From: Ginkgo biloba | Taxonomy: Eukaryota > Plantae > Ginkgophyta | DNA length: 25,292 nt | Direction: 5' to 3' | Assembly (NCBI GenBank): GCA_024626585.2 | Contig: JANKJI020000002.1 | Location: 221,901,239 to 221,926,530 of the forward strand | Shown: positions 1-10,719 of the stretch, one piece after another | Position numbering within the stretch: the first letter of the stretch is position 1 | Layout of the letters: the number at the start of each line of letters is the position of its first letter | Position numbers and translations under genes: made by a program | The notes under the pieces: generated by a model | Database searches by the model: none | The model's input: the letters and a program-made list of their open reading frames with translations, nothing else | Told to the model about the DNA's origin: nothing

Positions 1-1619
1 GTTTTAATAATAGATAAATATTTTGGGTTACAATGAGGGAGAAGAACATAGTAAAGAAATATAATTTTAGAGCACCCTCTTAAGGATACCTCTTAGTGGC
101 ATAAAGTAGGTCCTTTAGGTTAATAAAATTTAGGGCCTATCTCATTCCTAGATTGAAGAGCTGGTAGCGCTCGATCACTTCAACATGGAAAGATTAATTA
201 ACCTTATCTCTAATATTCTCCACCGACACTCAAATAAAAATAAAGAAAGGAATTTAATTAAAGGTATGAAACAGTCAACAGGGATAGTACTCCAGTGGCA
301 CTTGAAGTAAATCCTTGGAAGATTGTTTTATCAATATTCAACTTATATGGCCTTTTAAATCAATTTCTCGAAAATGATAATACATGGAATAATATAGGAA
401 AATATCTGGACGCATATCACACTCACAGGAATATGAAACTAATTCAAGTCACATGCTAACAACGCTTGACACAAGAATTAAAATCAATTTCATTAAATAT
501 AGATATGTAATAATTTCACAACTAATCACCAATAGTGTTAGATAATCAAGATAAAATCTTCACCTCATTCAAAACCTCACACATCAACAAACCATTAGCA
601 CTTAATCTATTAAGAAATAATAATTTCATTAAGGTGACAACACATCTTAATTATATTAACAAAAGGGTCTAGATTTTATGTATGAGAAATTTAACATTTG
701 CTAAAGTCAAGCTATAACCTTAGTTACAAAGCATCTAGCTTAAGAACAAAAATAAAAATTAAGTTTCAACCACAAGGGTATACACAAGTATTTTGGGAAA
801 GTTCTCTAGATAAAAAATATACAAGGGATAGGACGTCTATGTCAAAATCATAATGATAAAATATAAGGGAGGGAAAATAGGAAACATAGGAAAAGAGAGG
901 AAATTTAATCACCGAGGATTCTTCTAGGTGGAATCCCCTTTATTTTTCTTTTTCCCTCCTTTTATCCTATATCTTTAGGATATTATTGCCGTTGAAGTGG
1001 TTGAAAAAATTGAAGACATTACATGAAGTTAGTTTGTTAACTACCTGTGTCTTATGTTATAACTAATTATACATTCTTAATTGATATCACTTGGAGATGA
1101 TTTATTTGATATTGGGTCACTTTCCTCCTAGTGATGAATAAATATCTATTTCTCAAATGAATATTACTAAATTCCTTTTTTACTTGGAATAATGTTTCTT
1201 CTTTTATTTTTTAAATAATATCCAATTCAATATTATGGTGACACCTACCCTTCAGTGATAAACTTATATGTAAAAGTTTAGAGAGTCCCTCATATTGTAG
1301 TGTTTCGATAATTTTTCCTTTTATAACTAGAGAAAATATGTGTAGTCTTCCTTTGGGATCAGTTAATTTTCCTTCCATGGGGAAATAATCTATTATTCTA
1401 GGGATGTCATTTCTAACAAATCCTTTTCCTCAAATATTTTATTTATTATAATTACTAAGAAAATAAATATCTCTTTAGTGACCTCTCTTTTAAGAGAAAA
1501 AGTATCTTTGAATTATTTAATTTCATCTTCTTTTGGGTAAGACCCCGCAACCCCCTTATTTAAAAAGATGTAAAATTCAACAAAATCATTTTTAATAAAA
1601 AATTCCAATTCATCCATGA

Positions 1620-2219
1620 ATTAGGAATATATCTCCAGATAAGAAGAGATTTTTTGAAGAAGCGTTTGGATTCTATTGGCCAATTCCCACATCTGCAATC
1701 CCCATTGCACCACCGTATCTGCTACCTATTGTGTAACTTGAAGGGAAGCATTCTTAAACATATTTGTAATATGCAACTTCCTTTATAATCCAATATTTTC
1801 TAAGGTCTTGATGAACCATCTTCAAAGTGGAAAATTTTTACTCAAACACTTTCATTATTTCTTCAAGATATTAATTGAGATCTTTTAATTAGGAATTTTC
1901 CTTATCCAAGTCATTAATTTTAACTACAAGGCTTTAAATGAAAAGTTGTGAAACTTAAAAATTTCTTGCACTATTAGTTGGTTCAAATCCAACTTGATAT
2001 TTTCGATAGAAAAATATAATGGAATGATTACTAATTTTTCTTTTGAGGATTTACGCCTAGTGTCTTTCACTCAAAATGTATTTTTATTTAAATCAAAATT
2101 GAAAGAGGCATGTTGTCTGCAGAAATCTAGTGAAGTAACAACACCTATTTCACACAGGCTTGCATGTTGGTTCATTAAATATAACAACTATGGATTGATT
2201 ATCGATTGTTCTAGAGTAG
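1620..2219 (-). pseudogene. Decayed reading frame of unknown family, probably a retroelement accessory ORF
   Basis: About 105 codons with only 3 stops in very AT-rich DNA (TLEQSIINP*LLYLMNQHASLCEIG...ENIKLDLNQLIVQEIFKF), continuing after frameshifts into coiled-coil-like NDLDKENS*LKDLN*YLEEIMK. No recognisable domain. Confidence 0.3.
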
Positions 2220-3659
2220 NNNNNNNNNNNNNNNNGGAGAAGGGTTTTTATTAGCCTGAGCATAAGACACATTGGGAAAACTAGGGTTAGTAGTATATTT
2301 CTTCCTTATCAATGAATCTCTAAATATCTAGCTTCTAGATGAACTTTTATTCTTAGTGGGGGGAAGTCTTCCTCATGTATATTATTTTAATTTTTACCAC
2401 TATCAAGCTCATATCCATAGCCATCTACTCCTTCTTCATCTATGTTACATTAGTAAAGAGTATTTCTTACCTTATAAAATTTGTATTACCTTGTCATATT
2501 GGGATCTTCTTCAACATTTATGATCTTTAAAGAGAAGCTCTATTGTTATTTGGCGACACCCTACAATTCTAGATCGTTGATCGAGAACTCATGTATCCCT
2601 AAAGTTATCTTTTCATTAGGATCACCCATCAAGGATATTCATCAAGTCTACTAATAGGCCCTTGAATGAAATTTTAAGCAAGTGAATTAGTCCACTTCAG
2701 TAAACAACAAACTAGAGCTTTTAGTTTTGCAACCAAAACCTAGTAGAATTTTTCTCAATCTGCTTAGTATTATAATATTCATAATAGGGAAATGTGTGGA
2801 TATATAACCCTCTCTTAGATGATGACCCTCGGCAATTTATCAAGCTACCAAATTGACCTTCTATGACATTTAAAAGGTTAAATTTTGATATTTGGGCATA
2901 AATGTGAAATGGTTGTTTTCAATATTGTAGATAAATAAAATGTAGAGAGATTAAGATTGGGTGAACGGTGATATGTAAGAGTAAATCCCCATAATTCAAT
3001 TGATTACATTCAAGTAGCCATTATTAAGATATGGTGATTCACCTTAGCCTTATATTGAATTAGACAAAAACATGAATTAGACTTTTATACAACCAATTCT
3101 TTACAAAAATGTACCTAGTAAAACAAACCAAAATTCACTTCTATACCAGAGAGGAAAACTTTCACTTCAATACTTATAACAAGACATCGCATTAACCAAT
3201 GAATGGGCCTTATTACCCTGTTAGTCAAAAGCAACAAATATAATGAATTTGGACACCTTCATTCACTCCCCATCTAAATATATTGATTTGTTAAGATAGC
3301 TCCCGATACATTTTTATCTTCAAAACTTAGTTTAACTTTAACATTTTCTTGTGATCTCAGTTATCGAAATTCCCCCATGTAATGACTTGCCCATCAACTT
3401 CATTCCATTAGTTGCAATTTCAAACAAGCCTAGTTAGATGAATCTCCTTCCCCATTATTCACCCGAAGGTTTTCTATTAGCAGCATTACCTCAATTCCAA
3501 ATAAGGTTTGTAATATCAAAACCAAATTATTAAGCATCCTTAAACAAATAATTGCCCATCTTCGATGTAAATAACATAATGGCCATTGTCAAAATGATTT
3601 GTGTTCAAGTCATGTTTTCATGTTATGCTTTTAGACATTATAATGTTGTTAAAACCATG

Positions 3660-3954
3660 TTTGATCTAGAACTAGGGAATTAATTGCCCAGTTTAGGATT
3701 ATATCATAGATCAATGATAGATAATGAGGAGATAAAGAATCAAATATTAGAGTTTTTAGAGAAAGGTCACATCAAGCCAAATGCTTCTCCTTGTGGTTTG
3801 CTAATTTTTTTGGTGCATAAAAAGGATGGTTCTTGGTGTATGTGGATTAATTATAGGGCCATCAATAAGATCATAGTAAAGAACAAGTATCCTCTACCTT
3901 TCATAGATGAATTATTGGATTAGTTATAGGGTGCTAGATTCTTCTCCAAGATAG
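3660..3954 (+). mobile_element. Ty3/Gypsy (chromovirus-like) reverse transcriptase N-terminal fragment, inactivated
   Basis: LPSLGLYHRS..NEEIKNQILEFLEKGHIKPNASPCG..IFLVHKKDGSWCMWINYRAINKIIVKNKYPLPFIDELLD*L*GARFFSKI matches the RT consensus [46 protein letters not shown]. Two Gln codons have become TAG, and the fragment is cut by a gap. Confidence 0.9.
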
Positions 3955-4489
3955 NNNNNNNNNNNNNNNNNNNNNNNNNNNNNNNNNNNNNNNNNNNNNN
4001 NNNNNNNNNNNNNNNNNNNNNNNNNNNNNNNNNNNNNNNNNNNNNNNNNNNNNNTTGCTTATTATTATGCACTATAAAACAAAAAAAAGGAGTACCTTTA
4101 TTTTTCATTTTGCTAACCACATTTTTCAGCGCTTCAAAAAGGAAAGAAAGCATAAATCTCTTATAAGTGCTAAAACTTTATTATTTTACATTTTCTATAC
4201 ATAAAAGGAATAAGATTTTAACCACATCACAACTTGTTTGACTAATCTCATTCAAATTAGCTATTCACACATGCACACTTGGACCAAGATCGATGGGAGC
4301 TTCTCCCCCCTGTCTTAAGATAGGATCACAAAACTAAGAAGGGAATCTTAGGAATGTCAATTGCCTATAGACTTAAACAAGAGGCAATTTTGGAGTCTCC
4401 TTAAAATGTCATGTGTGTAAATGACCTTACAAGGATGACACATAAAAACATGTCAATCCTCACACCCCTATCAAAAGGGTACACTTCGA

Positions 4490-4520
4490 TGCTAACATTT
4501 CTGGCACAGTGGGTGGGACC
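4490..4520 (+). mobile_element. Probable LTR 3' end (…AACA at 4497) plus tRNA-Arg-type primer binding site
   Basis: GCTAACA-TTTC-TGGCACAGTGGGTGGGAC resembles the TGGCAC(A/G)CCCGGTGGGAC PBS known from non-chromovirus Gypsy elements, with about 3 mismatches by my recollection of that motif. Confidence 0.5.
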
Positions 4521-5876
4521 CAAAAAGAAAGCATCCCTAACACTAAAAATGAAAAATCCTTAGAACTAATAAGGATTACATTACAAGAAACAAGTGTGAA
4601 AACATCATTTCTTCTATTGTAGACCCTTCTTTAGTGCTTAAACCTCTATAACCTAGATATAGAGTTACTGTTAACCTTAACCAAGGGTAACTTCCTACAT
4701 CGATATGAGCAAGGGAGAAAAAAACATGGGATTTTTTTTATTCTATGTATCTTAGATGGAACTTCTCGACTATGCAAAAAACATCTCAAGAGAAAAAAGA
4801 AAAAATGGGTGAAATCACTTCTATTTCTATTACACACTAGTGGAAACTCTAAAATCAACACCGAAAACAACATTATCCATTGGGAGTGATCTTGTGGTCA
4901 TACCATGGCCCATTTTAATGCTTGTTATAGGAGTTTCACTAAGAGAATCATAACTTTCTAAATCTACAAATAATTCACAAGTTTGGTGCTATAAATTCCG
5001 AAGTTACAGCAACCTACTCAAAATGGCCTCAAAACCCTAATTAAACTTATGATGATTTTTTTGGTAGCATACAAAACCCATATCGACTTGTATATTTTTT
5101 GAATCAATGCATCTTAATGTCTACTTCCAGGGTATATAAAAATATTTTANNNNNNNNNNNNNNNNNNNNNNNNNNNNNNNNNNNNNNNNNNNNNNNNNNN
5201 NNNNNNNNNNNNNNNNNNNNNNNNNNNNNNGTTAATTTTTAAGCTAACTTCAAATGCACTTTCTAAAAACTTTTGGACTTGAAATCAATTTTTTTTTCCC
5301 TCATTATATAACTTGGTTTGATCTTTCTAAATGTGCAAAAAAATATACAAAACTTAGACATCGGTAACCACAAATGTGACAAATTTGATTTACACCTCCA
5401 CAAGAACCGAGAGATACCACTTGTATTGACTCAAATGGGTTACACTACTCAAATTTTCATAAATTGATACCAACCATGAAAACATAGCAAAATACATGTG
5501 AACATTCACCATATAATGAATAAGCCATGCCATAAAAGCCAAACAAATCATAATATAAAGCTAACAATATCACAAGAAACTCACGTGAGTCCAAAATAAT
5601 AAAAAGTGAATCATTGTTGAATTTGTGTTGAGCTTTCTAGGGGCATATGAAACCCGTTAGTTCGTGAATTCAAATTCTCAATTATAATTGTGTTCTTCTT
5701 CATGCTAGAAAACAAGTTGTAATTATTGATCTTAGATGATAAATGAGAGAGAACTAAGCCTATTTAAAGTTTAAACAATGGTGCTTTGTACCAGGGCTAT
5801 ACTAGCCTAGTTGAGACTCTTATCTTACTCCTAATTATACCTTAATGTTTTAGAACTCTAACACCAATATTATGGC

Positions 5877-6098
5877 TTAACTACAAGGTTTTCTTAAGTT
5901 GTTTAAGGGTTCCTTTACTCCTCTCATGTTGACTCCTTGGGATTTTACCTCTCAAATCATTGCTATGTTTTAGGAACATAAAGAAGGTTAACTGCAAGGT
6001 TTTCTTAAGTTGTTTAAGGGTTCCTTTACTCCTCTCATGTTGGCTCCTTGGGATTTTACCTCTCAAATCATTGCTATGTTTTAGGAACATAAAGAAGG
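5877..6098. repeat. 111-bp direct tandem repeat, 2 visible copies
   Basis: 5877-5987 and 5988-6098 differ at only 2 positions (ctaca/ctgca, gactcc/ggctcc). The repeat runs into a 100-N gap. Confidence 0.92.
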
Positions 6099-7998
6099 NN
6101 NNNNNNNNNNNNNNNNNNNNNNNNNNNNNNNNNNNNNNNNNNNNNNNNNNNNNNNNNNNNNNNNNNNNNNNNNNNNNNNNNNNNNNNNNNNNNNNNNNTG
6201 AACTGGGTGGAGAAGTCTTTTCTCCGGCTTAAAGGTATATTGCCCCGTGAAACATGTATGACTATGGATAATTATAATAATTGTGTAGGGTTAATTGGTG
6301 GCTCATGTTTATAAGAACCACCACAAAAGCACTCTAGGGCTACAGACAAAGACTACATGTTAGGCTAAGAGTTACGCGGAGGAGAGCCATGGTGTACATA
6401 AGAGCACTCAAGCCTCATTTATGATAATTTTTGTGACTTTGAATATATTATGGAGCATTTGATCATTTTAACTCTTTTAAATCTTTTTGTAAATGTTTGG
6501 AATCAAGTGAATCCCTTCTAATCTTTATAATGACCATATTTTCATCTCAACTTTAATTCATGGCTATATTATTATATGGTGTATGATTCATGTGTTTGTT
6601 ATTGTAAATCGTGGATTTATAATATTTCATGGTAAATTTGAGCAATGAAACCCTAAAAATTCACTAAAAGAAATATGTCAAATAAACCAAATACTCCCAA
6701 TTTATAAATAATGATTTTATTCCACAGAGAATTTGCAATGCAACCAAAAGCTTCAGAAAGTGATTTAGTTGTAAAAGGATATTACAAAGAGAAACAATTT
6801 GATAAGCCACCCATAGCTACATAAAAGCAATGAAAAACTTCTATGCAACTCTATTAGCTTTTCCCTATTTGGGACATCTAAGCACAAATTTATATGTCCG
6901 ATTCAAGCTTCACTGACTCTAAAATGAGGGACAAGATGTCTCTGCAATGAGTGCACAAGCATCCTTAAACTTATTTTATTTTTCACAAAGACTAGCTACA
7001 TAACTCTTAACTATGTCCATTACACATACTCAAACTCGCAACATAATCCCTAACAGAATGAGAACTATATGATTCACGAGTATCCACTAATCAACATCAC
7101 GGATAAATACTACAAAATGAGCATTCCTCCCAAATCAAAACCATTAATAGTTGCATGTTACTAATCACAATCCATAGTAGTACTTAAAAAGTACAAAACA
7201 AGGACTTCAAAAGTGATTTCGCTGCACATTAGTTCTTTTACATTCATACTAATCTCTGCTCTTGTGGTGGAAGGTAGGACACTGGTTTTTGGATGGGTAT
7301 TGAAAACACAACTAGATCAACCCAAACCCCAACACTGTTTTGAGATTTTTATATTTGGGAATGTATCAGAGTACTTAGGATTCTCAGACCTAGCAAATAT
7401 TTCAGGCTAGGATCTCATCACCAAACCTATATAGCTATGTTTTCTTCCGTTTTGGCTGGTTCATGCGAAAGCACTTAGTTGTCAATGGAAGAAGGCAGAG
7501 CCACTGGCAAATCACTGAACAACAGTGCCTCAGTCAATCACTGTTTATTCTACCCNNNNNNNNNNNNNNNNNNNNNNNNNNNNNNNNNNNNNNNNNNNNN
7601 NNNNNNNNNNNNNNNNNNNNNNNNNNNNNNNNNNNNNNNNNNNNNNNNNNNNNNNNNNNNNNNNNNNNNNNNNNNNNNNNNNNNNNNNNNNNNNNNNNNN
7701 NNNNNNNNNNNNNNNNNNNNNNNNNNNNNNNNNNNNNNNNNNNNNNNNNNNNNNAGGTTTGGTTGAGACACTGATCAAGATTAGCCTATACTGTTGAATA
7801 AGATGGTAAATCTGTTACATGGGTATCAGATGCTCTTCAACTGCAGAGAATTAGATGTAGCACCTCAAGATGGAGAATTGATGACTAAAGAACATGATAT
7901 CCAAAGACCCACGTATCAAATAAGGTGACACATCACAATCCCCCTTTACTCGTACATCTTAACATCTCTAACACATTAAATGGAAACGCGAGAGTTCC

Positions 7999-8502
7999 CT
8001 ACTTCTTAAGGAATTTTAGTAACTCCCCATTCTCTGCCATCTCAGTTACAATCTCAGCACCCCCAATAAATTGTCCATGCACAAACACCTGAGGGAATGT
8101 AGGCCAATTACTATATGCTTTTAGAGCCTGCCTCAAACCAGCATTGTACTCTTCATCAAACACATTAACCGTTTCATAATCTACCCCTTGCCCATTCAGT
8201 ATTGTCAAGGCTTTGTGAGAATATCCACAAAGTGGAGCAGTTCTTGAACCTTTGATGAAGACTACCACTTCATTCTCCTTCACCATTTTGCCTATCAATT
8301 GTTCCAAAGGCAAGGTCAGTTGCGTGCGCCGACCAGGTGTGAGCCTAAGATCAGGCTTCACTGGTTTCTTCTTCATATGCCATGTGGTGTTCCCAGCTTC
8401 ATTTCCAGGGGGCACGTTGCCAGTAGCCTCTATGTGCTCCTCCATCCACAGCTTCCATGCATCAGTCAAAGCCGTACGAGCAGGTGCATCAATAGCCATA
8501 AC
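7999..8502 (-). CDS. GRXS16: Monothiol glutaredoxin S16 (chloroplastic, GIY-YIG-like + Grx), last coding exon
   Basis: Translates [41 protein letters not shown]...[19 protein letters not shown]...[32 protein letters not shown]. It has class II Grx motifs (KG-x5-CG(F/Y)[10 protein letters not shown]) plus the GRXS16-specific [16 protein letters not shown] segment. It is preceded by the 3' splice site TTTACAG|GTT (intron ends at 8503). The first 13 aa of the ORF-track call are intronic. Confidence 0.95.
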   Translation of the reverse strand, partial: VMAIDAPARTALTDAWKLWMEEHIEATGNVPPGNEAGNTTWHMKKKPVKPDLRLTPGRRTQLTLPLEQLIGKMVKENEVVVFIKGSRTAPLCGYSHKALTILNGQGVDYETVNVFDEEYNAGLRQALKAYSNWPTFPQVFVHGQFIGGAEIVTEMAENGELLKFLKK

Positions 8503-9487
8503 CTGTAAAGCAACAGATGAAGGATAAGGTTCCGAATACACTCAGGTTCGGATAGAAAACAGTGACCAATCCTAATTTTTTCAGCCAACTAAATTTAACC
8601 TACCAAAACATCTAGTACCCCAGGGAACCTAATGAACTTAGAAGTGAACTTGTGGGGAAAACTACATAAGAACTAGATCAAACACCACAACCCTCACCAA
8701 AATAACCTGTTTAATAGAACCAATTAATCTGCTCTTCGTGAAAATGTTCACTTTCACAATCTGGGTACTGGTAGTTTCCATTGACAATTTGGAAACAATC
8801 AGTGAACTCGTTCACTAGATTACAAAGCGAATCATGGTATACAAACCCAACCTCCCTAGATAATCGAGGTATTGATTCCTCAGACTGGCTTATCTCACCG
8901 ACCTATTCACCAACGGCAGAAAAACGCCATAACTGGTTGCCTCAAGGCAAAATGCGCAGGATTTGAACCTACGACCCTCACTGTTTGCTTTACTCTTCGA
9001 CGCCACTCATACAGCATCTTCCCTTTGCATGCGTTCGCTAGCAGCGGCAACAGAGGCGGTGTTGTGGGCATATACAGCGACTACAAATACATGTATGCCC
9101 ACTGTATATACATCAACTACAAGCGTTGCAGAGTCAATCTGAATCAAACTGTGTGGTTAAAGGATAAGTTCGCTGGCCACATCCCTCTAGAGCGCAGAGG
9201 CCTATATAGTGCTGCATGTGAAAGTGATATAATTCCGTAGGAATGAAATGATGGCCACAAGGTGAGGAAAAACGAAAAAGTGCCAACCCAAACAAAGAAC
9301 TTGATCAATTGGGATCGGATACTCTTGCATTTTGTAAGATTCTTCAGGATAGGAAATTCTAAACAGAATCCCATTGACTTTAAAAAGAAAAAAAATGAAA
9401 AAACAGGTTCCCAGCTACCCACAACTAAAACATTAGAAAAACGAAAACAAATATCAAATCTACGAAGTAAAAATTGCAAACACGTAC
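8503..9487 (-). other. GRXS16 phase-0 GT-AG intron (985 nt)
   Basis: Donor GTACGT at 9487 and acceptor TTTACAG ending at 8503. Splicing gives the continuous sequence ...ELCGAVK|VMAIDAP... Confidence 0.9.
8948..9020 (-). ncRNA. tRNA-like element (tRNA pseudogene, SINE head or tRNA mimic) inside the GRXS16 intron
   Basis: Minus strand reads AAGATGC TG TATG AGTGGCGT CGAA G AGTAAAGCAAACAGTGA GGGTC GTAGG TTCAAAT CCTGC GCATTTT G. The 7-bp acceptor stem has one G.U and the 5-bp T stem has one G.U, with TTCAAAT at positions 54-60. U8, A14 and AGTGG are present in the D region, and the B box is GGTTCAAATCC. The anticodon stem does not pair. Confidence 0.55.
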
Positions 9488-9616
9488 CTTGACCGCCCCA
9501 CAGAGTTCTGGGACATTTTCCATATGATTCAGAACACTGGCAGCAACCCTTCTGGAAATGCCAATGAATTGCAGCTCCCCATTCTTATCATGAACAGCAT
9601 ACACACCTGACTCTGA
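9488..9616 (-). CDS. GRXS16: GRXS16 upstream coding exon (GIY-YIG-like N-terminal domain); 5' part lost in N gap
   Basis: 43 codons, [43 protein letters not shown], carrying the GVY...F(I/V)G motif and the PELCG cysteine typical of GRXS16. It ends at the donor AAG|GTACGT and joins the 8502 exon in phase 0. The transit peptide and ATG fall in the 100-N gap at 9617-9716. Confidence 0.93.
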
Positions 9617-10719
9617 NNNNNNNNNNNNNNNNNNNNNNNNNNNNNNNNNNNNNNNNNNNNNNNNNNNNNNNNNNNNNNNNNNNNNNNNNNNNNNNNNNNN
9701 NNNNNNNNNNNNNNNNTAGTGATTTTTTCCAATGGGCATATTTTAAATGAGCATGCTCGCAAGTTCTAAACTTAGGTCTTTCATGGGGTAGCACTCATAG
9801 CTCCCCACTAGACCATAACCCTGTGGACATATGTCACTTTTCCATGATAGATTTATTTAATAAGAATTGTCTTTATTTATTAATTTAAATTCAAAATTAG
9901 AAGAGGAATGGCTATGTGAATAATTAATTGCGATGAGCATAAATGATGTGCTAAAATTACTATGTTGGTAAGTAATTACATATTCACAGCTTCATATTAT
10001 AGACTTTAGTTATTGGAGAATTATTAGCGCCCTTTTTTTACACCCATGCATTTGTACTACTCATTTGTGTAATCATTGCTTATATTTATGGAGCTTTACA
10101 TCTCATTTACCACTTTATACATGCTCACATTTGCATCATTACATAATCCTTAACTCCTATTACTACTTCATTTGCATAGACATGCCTAATTCATATGTCA
10201 TTCACCATGTGCATACATCATTTTCAAATTGCCCTTATGAATATCCCTTTTAATTTTGTAGTAATCCTATTGTTAAGGGATACTCACATCATGTTATATT
10301 GACATATGGACCTTGTACACATCATTAACCACTTAACTATACATTATTATACCTCAATTAATGTATTCATATTATACATCAACCAACATTTAGATTTTCC
10401 TTTGCAATCTCACTACATACACATATGCTTAGGAACTAAGGCAAGCCTAAATTACAAACATTCCCATATGGTTAAGGTCATGAGGTTCATTTATGATATA
10501 AATACCTCTTTAGACTCAAACCTAAGGTGTATGGAGAATATTTGATTAAAGTGTCTTGCTCATTTTAATGGCTTTCATTCTATCGTTGGACTCTCCCAAA
10601 GATTATTGATGAAAATTCCAGTTTAGAAATCATGTGTTTATGGTAATAGTTCATTATCATGATACATCATCTCATTGAGATACTCATATCATTCATTTAG
10701 ATGGGTCTGTGAAGAAGAG

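Noticed and set aside
7463-7797. ORFs spanning the N gap (also 12343-12717 and 14602-15081)
   Set aside because: They are open only because of N runs.
8252-8527. Plus-strand ORFs of 91 and 69 aa
   Set aside because: They are antisense shadows of the GRXS16 exon.
8878-8947. C/D snoRNA after the tRNA-like element (dicistronic tRNA-snoRNA)
   Set aside because: A CTGA box D is present, but there is no credible RTGATGA box C and a T5 run intervenes.
8948-9020. Functional decoding tRNA (CAA or GCA anticodon)
   Set aside because: There is no anticodon-stem pairing and no U33. It is retained only as tRNA-like.
9175-9210. snRNA-type USE + TATA promoter (GGCCACATCC...TATATA), or a telomerase RNA gene
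   Set aside because: The USE match is partial, the spacing (~16-18 nt) fits neither the Pol III nor the Pol II snRNA pattern, and no telomere template or snRNA sequence follows.
8781-9492. Intronic ORFs of 61-122 aa on both strands
   Set aside because: They show no recognisable motifs, mostly use non-ATG starts, and are explained by local base composition.
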